Of a stretch of 64,000 nt of DNA, positions 1-10,579 are shown one piece after another. Source of the DNA: an uncultured Aliarcobacter sp. (lineage in GTDB: Bacteria; Campylobacterota; Campylobacteria; Campylobacterales; Arcobacteraceae). The number at the start of each line of letters is the position of its first letter. The first letter of the stretch is position 1. The stretch lies in the NCBI GenBank assembly GCA_963677435.1, contig OY781945.1:2528001-2592000 (forward strand). Reading direction: 5' to 3'. Under the pieces are notes generated by a model, which ran no database searches, was not told the origin of the DNA, and saw only the letters and a program-made list of their open reading frames with translations. Both the position numbers and the translations under genes were made by a program.

Positions 1-1336
1 ATAATTCTCTAGCATCTGGAACCCTTGAAGATTTACCAATTCCTGCAAAATATTTCATATCTTTATCAACATTATAAATAGCAAAAATATTTGCATTTAA
101 ACCAACATATTTTTTATCATTTTTTGCTTCATTTGATGAATCAACATCTGTGTAATCATATCTAGTACCTACTTCTAAATCTAATTTACCAAATGATTTT
201 TCAACTTTTGAAAAAATTGCTTTATTAGTTGTGTCTGTAGAAGCTAAAGGAGTAGAGTTCATACTAGTAGCACCTGTTGCTACATTTGTTCTATACATCT
301 CTCCTTGCCAATTTCTAATACTTGTATCTAAACCAAGAGTTACTAAACTATCTGCAATTTCCATGCTATTTTTGATTTTACTTCCCCAAATAGAAGTTTT
401 ATATCTTGCAGTCATATAGTTTACTGAACCATTATTTCTAAGTTTTGTACTCATAGGATGGTCAACATCTGAATAGTAATAATCTAAATTTAACTCTTTT
501 GATAAATCACCTAAATTTCTTGCAGTGTATCCAACAGTATAGATATTTGAATCATCATAATCAGCATCCATAGTTCCAGTTGGATATAAAACTTCATCAC
601 TTCTATTTGCTGTATAAGATAGTTTTATCTCTTGGTCATCATTTATATTAAATTGCCCTTTTGTTAAAAGAGTTTTTTTCTCATAAGCTTTTTTATTTTG
701 GTCAATATATTGATTTGTTGAAGGAATACCTTTTGAAATTTGTTGTTGTGAAAAGTTATCTCCATTTCCATCTTTATATTGGTCACTTTGTTCTGTTGAA
801 GTTGAAATTAATAATTTAACTCTATCTGTTCCAGCACTTATAGTTCCACTAGCTTTTCTATATCCATAACTTCCTGCATTTAAATTAATTTCACCATGAA
901 CATCTTTTGTTGGCTCTTTTGTTTCTACTTTTACAAGTCCACTTAATGTTCCAAAGTTTTCAACATCATAAGGACCTTCAATTATTTTTACACTTTGTAC
1001 ATTGTTTGATAAAACATGAGAAGTTGCTGGATCCATTCTATTTGGACAAGCTCCGTAGATTTTTGCATCATCAAGTAAGATATTTATATTATCTTTTTTT
1101 TGCCCTCTCAAAATAATATCATTTGCAATTCCACTTCTTCTTACAATTGAAATTGATGGGACACTTTTACTTAATGCTTCTGCTAAGTCAGCACTTTTTA
1201 GTTGTTCAGCACTAATGTCTTTTACTATTGTTGAGTTTGCAGTTTCAACTACGCTAATTGTGTCTAAAGTTTCAACTTCACTTGCATTTAACAAAACAGC
1301 AGTTGTTATAAGCGATAAAGAGATAAGTTTCTTCAT
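1..1336 (-). CDS. TonB-dependent outer-membrane receptor, OprC/NosA-like copper type (3' end runs off window)
   Basis: Manual translation from ATG at 1336: signal peptide MKKLISLSLITTAVLLNA, TonB-box-like DTISV, plug motifs IILRG and IIEGPY, GACPNRMDP (CxxxM) and DHPM (HxM). Absent from the ORF track because no stop lies in the window. Confidence 0.85.
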   Translation of the reverse strand, partial: MKKLISLSLITTAVLLNASEVETLDTISVVETANSTIVKDISAEQLKSADLAEALSKSVPSISIVRRSGIANDIILRGQKKDNINILLDDAKIYGACPNRMDPATSHVLSNNVQSVKIIEGPYDVENFGTLSGLVKVETKEPTKDVHGEINLNAGSYGYRKASGTISAGTDRVKLLISTSTEQSDQYKDGNGDNFSQQQISKGIPSTNQYIDQNKKAYEKKTLLTKGQFNINDDQEIKLSYTANRSDEVLYPTGTMDADYDDSNIYTVGYTARNLGDLSKELNLDYYYSDVDHPMSTKLRNNGSVNYMTARYKTSIWGSKIKNSMEIADSLVTLGLDTSIRNWQGEMYRTNVATGATSMNSTPLASTDTTNKAIFSKVEKSFGKLDLEVGTRYDYTDVDSSNEAKNDKKYVGLNANIFAIYNVDKDMKYFAGIGKSSRVPDAREL

Positions 1337-1406
1337 AAATTTTACCTTCTATTAAAAAATTTATGAAAGTATTACTAAGTGCTGTTAATTTTTTGTTAAT
1401 TAATCA

Positions 1407-2999
1407 CTAAAAATAATTATTAATATACTCTTCACACTCTAGTTGTTCTTTTAACATCTTTTCTTCATCCCAAAAAAGAATTTTTCCCATTTCAAAACAT
1501 ACTATATTCACACAAGCCAAACTCTGATTTTTATCTATAAAACAAAGCCCTACTCTTCTTGAAAGAAAATCTATTGGCTTTTTTGCAAATTCATAATTTA
1601 TACAATATAAAATCTCAGCTTTTAAATATGGTAGATTTTCATTTATTAACTCGAAGTTTTTATTCTCATTTGCTAGATTTAAAACTTTTGTACAAGCAGT
1701 TCCATATAGCGAGATTAAAGACTCTTTTGTTTTTCTTGAGATTGGATAAAAATTCATTAGTTTTTCAAGTTCTTTAATATCTCCATCGTTTCCAAAAAGT
1801 TTATATTTTTTCGTTTCACATTTTTTTTGTTTTTCTAATAAACTATTTTTTATTAAAAAGTTGAGTAAATCCTCTGACATTTTTCTATATGTTGTCCATT
1901 TTCCACCAACTATTGAGACTAAATTAGTTTTTGATTTTATTATTAGATGTTCTCTTACTATCTCTTGTGTTTGGCTTTTATTTTCATTTTTAACAAGTGG
2001 TCTTATTCCACTCCATGAAGCTAATATATCCTCTTTTGTTAAGTGTTTTTCAAAATAGTTATTTACCTCTTTTAACAAATATTCAATCTCTTGCTCTTTT
2101 ACTTTTGGATTCTCTTCATAAATAGTTTTATTATCAGTTGTTCCTATTAAACAGTGGTTCATATATGGCAAAATAAATATGATTCTTTTATCACTTGTAT
2201 TTGGTATTAAGATACCTTCATCGGCTTTTAAAAATTCCTTTGATACAACTATATGAATTCCACTACTTAAAGCTAAAATTTCTTTTGAATCTTTATCATC
2301 TAAAAATCTTATATTATCTACATTTGCGCCACTTGCATTTACTACAACTTTTGTTTCTATTTCATAGATTTTGTCTTGTGTTTTATCAAAATATCTCACA
2401 GCTGAGATTTTATTATTCCCATCATATAAAAACTCTTCTACTTCGCAATAGTTTTTTACAACTGCACCTTTTAAAACAGCACTTTGAAGAAGTGAGATAA
2501 TCATTCTTGAATCTAGAAAACTTCCATCATAAAAAGATAAAAATCCTTTTAAATTTTCTTGTTTTATATTAGGAGAAAACAAAATACTAACAACTTTATT
2601 TACAAAACTATTTTTCCCCAAACTTTTATGTTTGGCTATTAGCTTATAAAATATAAGTCCCATGTAAGTGTAAAGTAGATTTAAATATGAATATATTGGA
2701 ATATTAATTTTTAATTTTTTGCTGATATTTGGAGCATTTTTTAGAAATATTGCTCTTTCAGATAATCCCTCTTTTACTAGATTGTATTGGGCAAGGTCAA
2801 ACTCTTTTATGGCTTTTTCAAGATACCTAACTCCTCCATGAACTAATTTGGAACTTTTTGAACTTGCACCACTTGCAAAATCGTTTTTTTCAAGTAATAT
2901 TACTTTATATCCTCGTAATGTTGCATCCAAAACAATACCACTTCCAACGCAACCACCACCAATAATGACAATATCGTATTTTTCCTCAGACAATTCCAT
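1407..2999 (-). CDS. glpD: FAD-dependent glycerol-3-phosphate dehydrogenase
   Basis: IIGGGCVGSG FAD motif, ASSKSSKLVHGGVRYL, GGKWTTYRKM. Confidence 0.9.
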   Translation of the reverse strand: MELSEEKYDIVIIGGGCVGSGIVLDATLRGYKVILLEKNDFASGASSKSSKLVHGGVRYLEKAIKEFDLAQYNLVKEGLSERAIFLKNAPNISKKLKINIPIYSYLNLLYTYMGLIFYKLIAKHKSLGKNSFVNKVVSILFSPNIKQENLKGFLSFYDGSFLDSRMIISLLQSAVLKGAVVKNYCEVEEFLYDGNNKISAVRYFDKTQDKIYEIETKVVVNASGANVDNIRFLDDKDSKEILALSSGIHIVVSKEFLKADEGILIPNTSDKRIIFILPYMNHCLIGTTDNKTIYEENPKVKEQEIEYLLKEVNNYFEKHLTKEDILASWSGIRPLVKNENKSQTQEIVREHLIIKSKTNLVSIVGGKWTTYRKMSEDLLNFLIKNSLLEKQKKCETKKYKLFGNDGDIKELEKLMNFYPISRKTKESLISLYGTACTKVLNLANENKNFELINENLPYLKAEILYCINYEFAKKPIDFLSRRVGLCFIDKNQSLACVNIVCFEMGKILFWDEEKMLKEQLECEEYINNYF

Positions 3000-3079
3000 A
3001 ATTCCCCTACTTTCAAAGCTTTATTACAAAAGCTTTTTGTTAAGCTAGGATATAATAAAAATAAACAAAAAGGAATAAA

Positions 3080-3490
3080 ATGCAAATAATAATAGCAATT
3101 GCCGTACTAATTATCGCAATTACTTTAATACTTTACATAGTAAATAATCAATTCGAGAAAAGAGAATTTATAATCCTTTTACTAATTATCATAATATCTG
3201 GTTTTGCGTATGGATTGTATGAAAAAAATCAAGATGAGTTTTTCCCAAAATTATTTAAAGAAAAATATGAAAAAGATAAAAATATCTCGATTGAGGGATT
3301 GACTTCTGAATTATTAAACAACAAAGTTGTAAGTTCAAAAGATAAATTTATCTACAAATTTACTTACATTATCAAAAAAGACAATCAAGAGTTTTTATGT
3401 ACAATAACAAATGTAGAGATAAATAGAATTGAAGATACTTTTGTCTTCAAAAATTTTGCAGATTTAAAAGAAGAGTGCCTAAAAAAATAA
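3080..3490 (+). CDS. Hypothetical membrane protein
   Basis: 136-aa ORF with AAGGA RBS and two N-terminal hydrophobic segments. Confidence 0.7.
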   Translation: MQIIIAIAVLIIAITLILYIVNNQFEKREFIILLLIIIISGFAYGLYEKNQDEFFPKLFKEKYEKDKNISIEGLTSELLNNKVVSSKDKFIYKFTYIIKKDNQEFLCTITNVEINRIEDTFVFKNFADLKEECLKK

Positions 3491-3507
3491 CTCTTCTTTT
3501 AGCAGAT

Positions 3508-4155
3508 TTACGCAGGTTTAAAAGATTGTTTAGTTTTGCAAACCTGTGGAAATAAACAGTTATCACACTCAGGTTTCACAGCTTTACAAATATATCTTCC
3601 AAATAAAACCATCGCTTGATGAAAAATATGTAAATCATGCCCTTTTAGTTTTTTAACCAAATCCGCTTCAGTTATATCAACTGTTTTTCCATCACTTAAC
3701 CCAAGTCTGTGAGAAACTCTAAAAACATGAGTATCAACAGCCATAAGATTTGCACCCTCAAACTCAATCATAAATACATTTGCAGTTTTGTTTCCAACAC
3801 CTGCAAGTTTCATAAGTTTTTGTTGGTCATGGGGAATTTCTCCATCATAATTCATCAAAACACTTTGTGCCATTTTGATAATATTTTTTGCTTTATTATT
3901 AAAAAAAGAACAAGTATTTAACAAAGCTTTCACATCTTCTAAATCTGCAACTGCCAATTCTCTTACACTTGGATATTTTTCAAAAAGTGCTGGAGTTATA
4001 ATATTTACTCTTTTATCAGTACATTGAGCTGAAAGTATGATGGCGATTAATAACTCATAATCATTTTTATAATTTAACTCAGTAACTGCATCACTGTACT
4101 TTTCTACAAATGCTTGTTTAATTATTTCTATATCTGCTTTTGTTGCTTTTTTCAT
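3508..4155 (-). CDS. nth: Endonuclease III
   Basis: [11 protein letters not shown], Hh[20 protein letters not shown]-terminal Cx6Cx2Cx5C 4Fe-4S motif. Confidence 0.97.
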   Translation of the reverse strand: MKKATKADIEIIKQAFVEKYSDAVTELNYKNDYELLIAIILSAQCTDKRVNIITPALFEKYPSVRELAVADLEDVKALLNTCSFFNNKAKNIIKMAQSVLMNYDGEIPHDQQKLMKLAGVGNKTANVFMIEFEGANLMAVDTHVFRVSHRLGLSDGKTVDITEADLVKKLKGHDLHIFHQAMVLFGRYICKAVKPECDNCLFPQVCKTKQSFKPA

Positions 4156-6125
4156 ATTTCTTTAACCTTAGCAATTTCATCTCTTAATCTAATAGCTTCT
4201 TCAAAATTCAAATCACTTGCTGCTTTTTTCATCTGTTTATTTAGTTCTATTAGAATTTTCTTTCTCTCAGATGCTGGCATTTTTTCTAATTTATCTTTTT
4301 TCCATGCTACATCATCGTACTCTTCTAGTTTTAAATTTTGATCTAATCTTCTTTTTGTTGATACAGGTGTAATTCCATGCAGAGTATTGTGGTCTTCTTG
4401 GATTTTTCTTCTTCTATTTGTTTCATCTATTGCAAACTGCATTGAAGCTGTGATTCTTTTTGCGTATAAGATTACTCTTCCATTTTCATTTCTAGCAGCT
4501 CTTCCTATTGTTTGAATAAGAGAAGTTTTACTTCTTAAGAATCCTTCTTTATCGGCATCTAAAATAGCCACAAGTGAAGTTTCGGGAATATCTAAACCTT
4601 CTCTTAAAAGATTGATTCCAATTAATACATCAAAAGTTCCAAGTCTTAATTCTCGAATAATTTGATTTCGCTCAATTGCATCGATTTCAGAGTGCATATA
4701 TTTTACTTTCATTCCTAAATCTGCATAATAAGAAGCCAGTTCTTCTGCCATTTTTTTAGTTAAAACAGTTACTAAAACTCTTTCATTTTTGGCAACTACT
4801 TTTTTGATTTCATCGTGAAGTTTTTCAACTTGAAACTCACTATCAACCACATCAATAATTGGGTCAAGAAGTCCAGTTGGTCGAATAATTTGCTCAGCTA
4901 CAACTGAACTTAGATTAAGTTCTAATTCATTTGGCGTTGCACTTACAAATACATAATTAGGAGCTTTTTTAATAAACTCATCAAATTTTAAAGGTCTATT
5001 ATCAAGTGCACTTGGAAGTCTAAATCCATAATCTACTAAAACCTCTTTTCTAGATCTATCAGCTGCGTGCATTCCTCTAAACTGTGATAAAGATACATGT
5101 GATTCATCGACTACAAGTAAAAAATCTCTATCCATTTGTTGAAAATAGTTTAATAAAGAGTAAGGTGTCTCTTCTGGTTTTTGACCAGTTAAGTGTCGTG
5201 CATAATTCTCAATTCCCTTACACATTCCAGTTCCCTCAATCATCTCTAAATCAAACTCAACTCTTTGTTTTAGTCTTTGATACTCTACAAGTTTGTTTGC
5301 ACTTTGAAAATACTCAAGTCTTTCATCTAATTCTTCTTCGATTTGTTTTACAGCAGTTGCTAGTTTCTCATTTGAAACAACGAAAGGATTAACTGAATAG
5401 ATAATTACTTCATCTAAAGATTTTGTTCTACTATTTGTGATGTATTCATGTTTTGAAATTGATTCAACTTCATCACCAAAAAATTCAACTCGTATAAACT
5501 CATCTTCAAAATAAGCAGGGAAAATATCAATAACATCTCCATTTACTCTAAAATCTGACCTATCAAAAAACTTATCATTTCTTTTATAACCCATTTCCAC
5601 AAGTTTTAGTAAAAATTGTTTTTGAGAATATTCAAAGCCAACTTCAACCCTTTGAACCATTGCTTTATATTCTTCTGGATTTCCTAAACCGTAGTTTGCT
5701 GAAACTGAGGCAATTACAATTACATCATCAAAAGATAGAAGTGAAGCTGTAGCACTTAGTCTTAATCTTTCTAACTCTTCATTTATTGAAGAATCTTTCT
5801 CAATAAATAAATCGCTTCTTGGAATATAGGCTTCTGGTTGATAATAATCATAATAAGAGATGAAATATTCAACATGATTATTTGGGAAAAACTGTTTAAA
5901 CTCCGAATACAATTGAGCTGCAAGAGTTTTATTATGGGTCATTATAAGAGTTGGTTTTTGAGTTGCCTCAATCACTTTTGCTATTGTATAAGTTTTTCCA
6001 GAACCCGTAACTCCTAAAAGAGTGTTATATTGGTTTCCAGCATTTATTGAATCACTTAAGGCTTTTATTGCAACTGGTTGATCTCCAGCTGGTTCGTAAT
6101 CACTTACTACTTCAAACTTTGCGAT
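4152..6125 (-). CDS. uvrB: Excinuclease ABC subunit B (657 aa if started at ATC 6125)
   Basis: Frame stays open 150 nt upstream of the ORF-track start and encodes PAGDQP and Walker A GVTGSGKT. Also [22 protein letters not shown] and a C-terminal UVR motif. RBS AAGGAG lies 6 nt before ATC. Confidence 0.96.
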   Translation of the reverse strand: MAKFEVVSDYEPAGDQPVAIKALSDSINAGNQYNTLLGVTGSGKTYTIAKVIEATQKPTLIMTHNKTLAAQLYSEFKQFFPNNHVEYFISYYDYYQPEAYIPRSDLFIEKDSSINEELERLRLSATASLLSFDDVIVIASVSANYGLGNPEEYKAMVQRVEVGFEYSQKQFLLKLVEMGYKRNDKFFDRSDFRVNGDVIDIFPAYFEDEFIRVEFFGDEVESISKHEYITNSRTKSLDEVIIYSVNPFVVSNEKLATAVKQIEEELDERLEYFQSANKLVEYQRLKQRVEFDLEMIEGTGMCKGIENYARHLTGQKPEETPYSLLNYFQQMDRDFLLVVDESHVSLSQFRGMHAADRSRKEVLVDYGFRLPSALDNRPLKFDEFIKKAPNYVFVSATPNELELNLSSVVAEQIIRPTGLLDPIIDVVDSEFQVEKLHDEIKKVVAKNERVLVTVLTKKMAEELASYYADLGMKVKYMHSEIDAIERNQIIRELRLGTFDVLIGINLLREGLDIPETSLVAILDADKEGFLRSKTSLIQTIGRAARNENGRVILYAKRITASMQFAIDETNRRRKIQEDHNTLHGITPVSTKRRLDQNLKLEEYDDVAWKKDKLEKMPASERKKILIELNKQMKKAASDLNFEEAIRLRDEIAKVKEI

Positions 6126-6135
6126 GGTTTTCTCC

Positions 6136-6678
6136 TTAATATCTTTTATTTGACATAATACTATAAAGGATAATTGAAACTTCTCTACCTGTCCACATTA
6201 TGTCTTTACTTAATTCATCTCTATTTTTTTCTATATTTATATTATATTTATATTTTCTAAAAATTTTTTTCATATCATTTTCAATTTGACTATCACTTAA
6301 ATTTAAAATCACATTGTGAAACAACTCTTTATTATAAGGAATAAAATAAGCTGGATATACTTTTAAAAAAGCTATTAACATTGAAACTTGCCAAGTATGC
6401 CATTCTATTTTATCTAAACTATTTGCTGATTTATTTTTGTAATCAATTGCTTTATAAGAATCAAATATAAATTTACAAGCATTTGATAATGATGTATAAT
6501 CCATTACTTCTATTTTTTTTGGAAAATTTAAATCTCTTAATGTTATTACTTCTACAGAATTATTTTTTTTAAAATTATTAGTTTTATTACTTGTTGTATC
6601 TTTAAGTAATAAGAAAATTATTATGATAATAGTTAATAAAGCAATTAAAAGAATTCCTCCTAAAAAAGCTAAATTCAT
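6136..6678 (-). CDS. Hypothetical protein with N-terminal membrane anchor
   Basis: ATG at 6678 with AGGAGA RBS, ATGA overlap with lpxH stop, hydrophobic N-terminus. Confidence 0.7.
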   Translation of the reverse strand: MNLAFLGGILLIALLTIIIIIFLLLKDTTSNKTNNFKKNNSVEVITLRDLNFPKKIEVMDYTSLSNACKFIFDSYKAIDYKNKSANSLDKIEWHTWQVSMLIAFLKVYPAYFIPYNKELFHNVILNLSDSQIENDMKKIFRKYKYNINIEKNRDELSKDIMWTGREVSIILYSIMSNKRY

Positions 6679-7373
6679 ATATTTTCTCCTTGAAATTTTG
6701 AGTCTATAATTTTTATATATAAATTTTGACAACAAAGAGAGGGAATATTTATGTACTCTTTTTCATCAATTAAATAATTATTACCTTGATGATAATGTCC
6801 CTCAATTACAATGTCAGTATTATAATTTTTTAATCTTTTTGAAACAATTTGCTCAAAATTTTTCATTTTGTGACATATATTTTTTTTTACTAATGCATTT
6901 TCTATTTTCTTTGATATAAAATAATTTATATCAATAAAATTCATAAATCTTAAAAAAATAGTATTTCTTATAAATTTACAATATAAATCATATTTCCAAT
7001 TTATAAAATTATCTCCGTGAGCTAGTGAAATAGTTTTATTTTCAAATTTTGCAAAAAGTGGTTGATTTTCTCTTTTTATTACTTTTACTTTTGGAAAAAG
7101 TTTTTCTAAGTTGTAATCATGATTTCCTTCTAAATAAATAATATCCATGTCATTTGATAATTTATTTATAAGATTAATTACATCACTATTTCGTTGTACA
7201 AAATATCTACTCTCACCAGAGATAAAATCAATCATATCACCCATCAAAAAAAGTTGAGTTGTTTTTATATCTTTTTTATCTAATTTTTCTAAAAGAACTA
7301 AAAACTGCTTATTTTTTTCATTATAGTGGGAGTCAGCTACAAAAATAGCTCCTTGTTTAATATTAAGGTACAT
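6675..7373 (-). CDS. lpxH: UDP-2,3-diacylglucosamine diphosphatase (metallophosphoesterase)
   Basis: ADSH, GDMID, EGNHD, AHGD, GHYH calcineurin-like motifs. Confidence 0.8.
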   Translation of the reverse strand: MYLNIKQGAIFVADSHYNEKNKQFLVLLEKLDKKDIKTTQLFLMGDMIDFISGESRYFVQRNSDVINLINKLSNDMDIIYLEGNHDYNLEKLFPKVKVIKRENQPLFAKFENKTISLAHGDNFINWKYDLYCKFIRNTIFLRFMNFIDINYFISKKIENALVKKNICHKMKNFEQIVSKRLKNYNTDIVIEGHYHQGNNYLIDEKEYINIPSLCCQNLYIKIIDSKFQGENI

Positions 7374-8367
7374 AGGCTATTTTTGGAATTCCTTCATATT
7401 CTTCATATCCACATAAGATATTTGCATTTACAACAGCTTGAGAAGAAGCTCCTCTTAAAAGATTATCAATAGCAGAACTTACAAAAAGTGCTTTTCCATT
7501 TTTTGCAGTATATAGATCACAAAAATTTGTTCCTGCAACTGATTTTATATCAACAGGTTTATTTCTAATTCTTACAAACTCACAATCTTTATAGGTTTTA
7601 TTTAAAATCTCATTTACATCAATATCATCTTTTAATGTGGCAAAAACAGATACCAACATACCTCGTGTTAATGGAAGTAAATGAGGCACAAAGTTGATTG
7701 ATACATCTTTACCTTTTAATATTCTAACTTTCTCAGCGATTTCTGGCATATGTCTATGTTTAAAAGGATTGTAAGCGTGGCAATTGTCATTTATCTGACA
7801 ATAGTGTGTTGTATCACTTGGATTCTTTCCCGCACCACTAACACCTGATTTTGCATCTATAAAAATTGGAGCATTTGTATCGATATAATCAATAAAAGGC
7901 AATAATGCCAATAATGAAGCAGTTGGGTAACAACCTGGATTTGCAATTAAATTTGCAGTTTTAATATCTTCTTTAAAATATTCTGGTAAGCCATAAACAG
8001 CATTTTTTATATTTTCTTTATCAGAATGTTCACAATAATGTTCTTCATAAGCTTCTAATTCAAGTCTATAATCAGCACTTAAATCTACAACTTTTACGCC
8101 AAGATTTAAAAGCTCTTTTGCAAAAGTCATTGAAGTTTTGTGGGGAAGTGCTAAAAATGCTAAGTCTGCAACTTTTGATACTTCCATTGCACTTACTAAA
8201 TTAACATCTATATTTATCACATCTTTTAAACAAGGATGTAAATCTTGAACATTTATATCTCCCGTTGAATTTGCAATGTAAGAGATGTTGAATTTTGGAT
8301 GATTAATTAAAATCTTAATTAATTCTAATCCAGTATAACCACTAGCTCCAATAATTGCTACATTCAT
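7363..8367 (-). CDS. argC: N-acetyl-gamma-glutamyl-phosphate reductase
   Basis: GASGYTG, IANPGCY, SGVSGAG, IDNLLRGA. Confidence 0.97.
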   Translation of the reverse strand: MNVAIIGASGYTGLELIKILINHPKFNISYIANSTGDINVQDLHPCLKDVINIDVNLVSAMEVSKVADLAFLALPHKTSMTFAKELLNLGVKVVDLSADYRLELEAYEEHYCEHSDKENIKNAVYGLPEYFKEDIKTANLIANPGCYPTASLLALLPFIDYIDTNAPIFIDAKSGVSGAGKNPSDTTHYCQINDNCHAYNPFKHRHMPEIAEKVRILKGKDVSINFVPHLLPLTRGMLVSVFATLKDDIDVNEILNKTYKDCEFVRIRNKPVDIKSVAGTNFCDLYTAKNGKALFVSSAIDNLLRGASSQAVVNANILCGYEEYEGIPKIAYVP

Positions 8368-8852
8368 TGTAAAATAATTTCCTTATAGCACACACCTAAA
8401 ACTTCAAAAGTTTTAATACCACCAGGAAGAGTAGCTTTTACTTCATCACCCTCTTCTTTTCCCATAAGTTGTTTTGCTAAGGGAGAATTAAATGAAATCA
8501 TTCCTTTTTCTGCATTTGACTCAACTCCACCAACTATCATGTAAGTAAATTCTTCATCAGTATTTACATCAACCAAACTAACAGTTGAACCAAAACTTAC
8601 TTTGTCATGAGGAAGAGTTGAAGGATCGATAATTACGGCTTTTGAGATAACTGCATTTAATTCTGCAACTTGAGAATCAATTAATGCTAATTTTTCTTTT
8701 GCAGAGTGATATTCAGCGTTCTCTTTTAAATCTCCTAATTGTCTAGCTTCTTCTAAAGCAATTACAGTTTCAGGTCTCTCTGTTTTTTTTAAGAACTCTA
8801 AATCACCTGTAATTTTGTTATAGCCAGCTAGCGTCATTGGTTCTTTATCCAT
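8364..8852 (-). CDS. greA: Transcription elongation factor GreA
   Basis: GDLKENAEYH, ISFNSPLA. ATG at 8852 follows a GGAG RBS. Confidence 0.96.
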   Translation of the reverse strand: MDKEPMTLAGYNKITGDLEFLKKTERPETVIALEEARQLGDLKENAEYHSAKEKLALIDSQVAELNAVISKAVIIDPSTLPHDKVSFGSTVSLVDVNTDEEFTYMIVGGVESNAEKGMISFNSPLAKQLMGKEEGDEVKATLPGGIKTFEVLGVCYKEIILQ

Positions 8853-8913
8853 CAACATCTCCAATAAATTAATTTATGATATAATACCTAAAAATAGTAA
8901 AAGAGAAGTTTAG

Positions 8914-9564
8914 ATGAAATATGACAGAACAAAAAAGCTATTTGGTGATGATGTTTTTGAAAAATTCAAAGATGTTAAACTAATACTTTTAGGTGTTGGT
9001 GGTGTTGGAAGTTTTGCTTTAGATGCACTTTACAATACTGGAATTAAAAATATCACAATAGTTGATTTTGATACTTATGAAGAATCAAATTTAAATAGAC
9101 AAATGGGAAGCGTTGGTAATGTTGGACGAATAAAAGTTGAAGCGTTAAAGGAAAAATATCCAGAAGTTACTCCTATTCATTTAAAAATTACCCCTGAATG
9201 GATTGACAATTTTGATTTTTCATCTTATGATTATATATTAGATGCAATTGATGATGTGAAACCAAAAGTTCATCTAATAAAAAAACATTTTACAAAGATT
9301 ATTAGTACAAGTGGTGGAGCAAAAAGAATTGATCCATCAAAAATAGAATACATATCTATTTGGGATACATATAATGACCCATTTATAAAAAAAATAAGAA
9401 CTGAACTAAAGGCTCAAGGGTTCAAGAAAAAATTCAAAGTGATTTTTTCTTCAGAGCTACCAATGTGCCTAGAAAAGGGAAGTTTTGAAGGTGTAACTGG
9501 TTCATTTGGATTAATGATGGCATCAGTAACTATACAAAAATTGATAGCCAAATTTCAAAAATAA
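8914..9564 (+). CDS. tcdA: ThiF-family tRNA threonylcarbamoyladenosine dehydratase
   Basis: GVGGVGS, SNLNRQ, DAID, GGAKRIDP, VIFSSE. Confidence 0.8.
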   Translation: MKYDRTKKLFGDDVFEKFKDVKLILLGVGGVGSFALDALYNTGIKNITIVDFDTYEESNLNRQMGSVGNVGRIKVEALKEKYPEVTPIHLKITPEWIDNFDFSSYDYILDAIDDVKPKVHLIKKHFTKIISTSGGAKRIDPSKIEYISIWDTYNDPFIKKIRTELKAQGFKKKFKVIFSSELPMCLEKGSFEGVTGSFGLMMASVTIQKLIAKFQK

Positions 9565-9627
9565 CTTAAAGTTAATCAAAGTTTAAAAGATATATAATAA
9601 TTAACTTATACTTAAAAAAGGATTCTC

Positions 9628-10536
9628 ATGAGCGGTATTAGTAGTAGTGTTGAACAAATGACTCAAGGACATCTTAGAAATGTTCAACAATTAGCTGTAT
9701 TTTACACTGGTCATAGTAATATTTACGCAATTAATATAGCAAAAGTTAAAGCTTTTATAATTACTGAAGAAGTAGCAATTAATGACACTCCAAAAGACAC
9801 AAATGTTATTGCAGGAATTGCAACAATCAGAGGAGAACCTGTAACATTAATTAATCTTGATGCTTGGCTTGGACTTCCAGCTTTAGCAGTTAAAGATTAT
9901 AAGCTTATTATTTTCTGTGAGTTTAATCACAAAAAAATTGGTTTTCTTGTAAAAGACATGCTTGATATTGTTGAAAAAACTACACAAGAGTTAAGACATA
10001 CAGAAGAAACAAATTCAAAAATTACTTATACAACTTATGTAAAAGTTAATAATAAAGATGAACTTTGTACTGTATTTAATGCTGAACAATTATTAAGAGA
10101 TATTCATTGGACAGATGATGGTTCAGATGAAGTTAAAAAATATGTTGATGAAAAACTTCATTCAGACAAAATTATCTTAGCAGCTGAAGATTCAGGGGTT
10201 GCAAGAGAAGTTTTAAGTAAGTTCTTTGAAGAATCAGGATTAGATTTTGAAATTTATGCAAATGGAACACTTTTAATCAAAAGATTAGAAGAGTTAAACC
10301 CTGATAAAATTGGTATGGTAATTACAGATATTGAAATGCCAGGAACTGATGGTTATCAAGTTGCATCATTTATAAAAAATCATAAAAACTTAGCGCATAT
10401 TCCAGTTATTGTAAACTCTTCAATGACAACAGATGCAGTTAGAGGGAAAATGAGTCAAGTAGGTGTTGATGGATTTGTTGGTAAAACTGATATTTCAAAT
10501 CTATTTAAATTAACAAAAAAATTCTTACTAAGATAA
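9628..10536 (+). CDS. cheV: Chemotaxis protein CheV (CheW + receiver)
   Basis: N-terminal CheW-like region (IRGEPVTLINL), C-terminal receiver (AEDS, TDIEMPGTDG, K). Confidence 0.9.
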   Translation: MSGISSSVEQMTQGHLRNVQQLAVFYTGHSNIYAINIAKVKAFIITEEVAINDTPKDTNVIAGIATIRGEPVTLINLDAWLGLPALAVKDYKLIIFCEFNHKKIGFLVKDMLDIVEKTTQELRHTEETNSKITYTTYVKVNNKDELCTVFNAEQLLRDIHWTDDGSDEVKKYVDEKLHSDKIILAAEDSGVAREVLSKFFEESGLDFEIYANGTLLIKRLEELNPDKIGMVITDIEMPGTDGYQVASFIKNHKNLAHIPVIVNSSMTTDAVRGKMSQVGVDGFVGKTDISNLFKLTKKFLLR

Positions 10537-10543
10537 CTTTTAA

Positions 10544-10570
10544 AATAAGATGAGATTTTCTCATCTTATT
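10544..10570. terminator. Bidirectional intrinsic terminator between convergent cheV and argH
   Basis: Perfect stem AATAAGATGAGA/TCTCATCTTATT. Confidence 0.75.
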
Positions 10571-10579
10571 CTTTTTAAC

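Noticed and set aside
231..3085. Short ORFs 231-419, 907-1116, 1559-1777, 1861-2058, 2195-2500, 2848-3048, 2900-3085
   Set aside because: Antisense or off-frame shadows of the TonB receptor and glpD, with no motifs or RBS. The same applies to the other short overlapping ORFs in the track.
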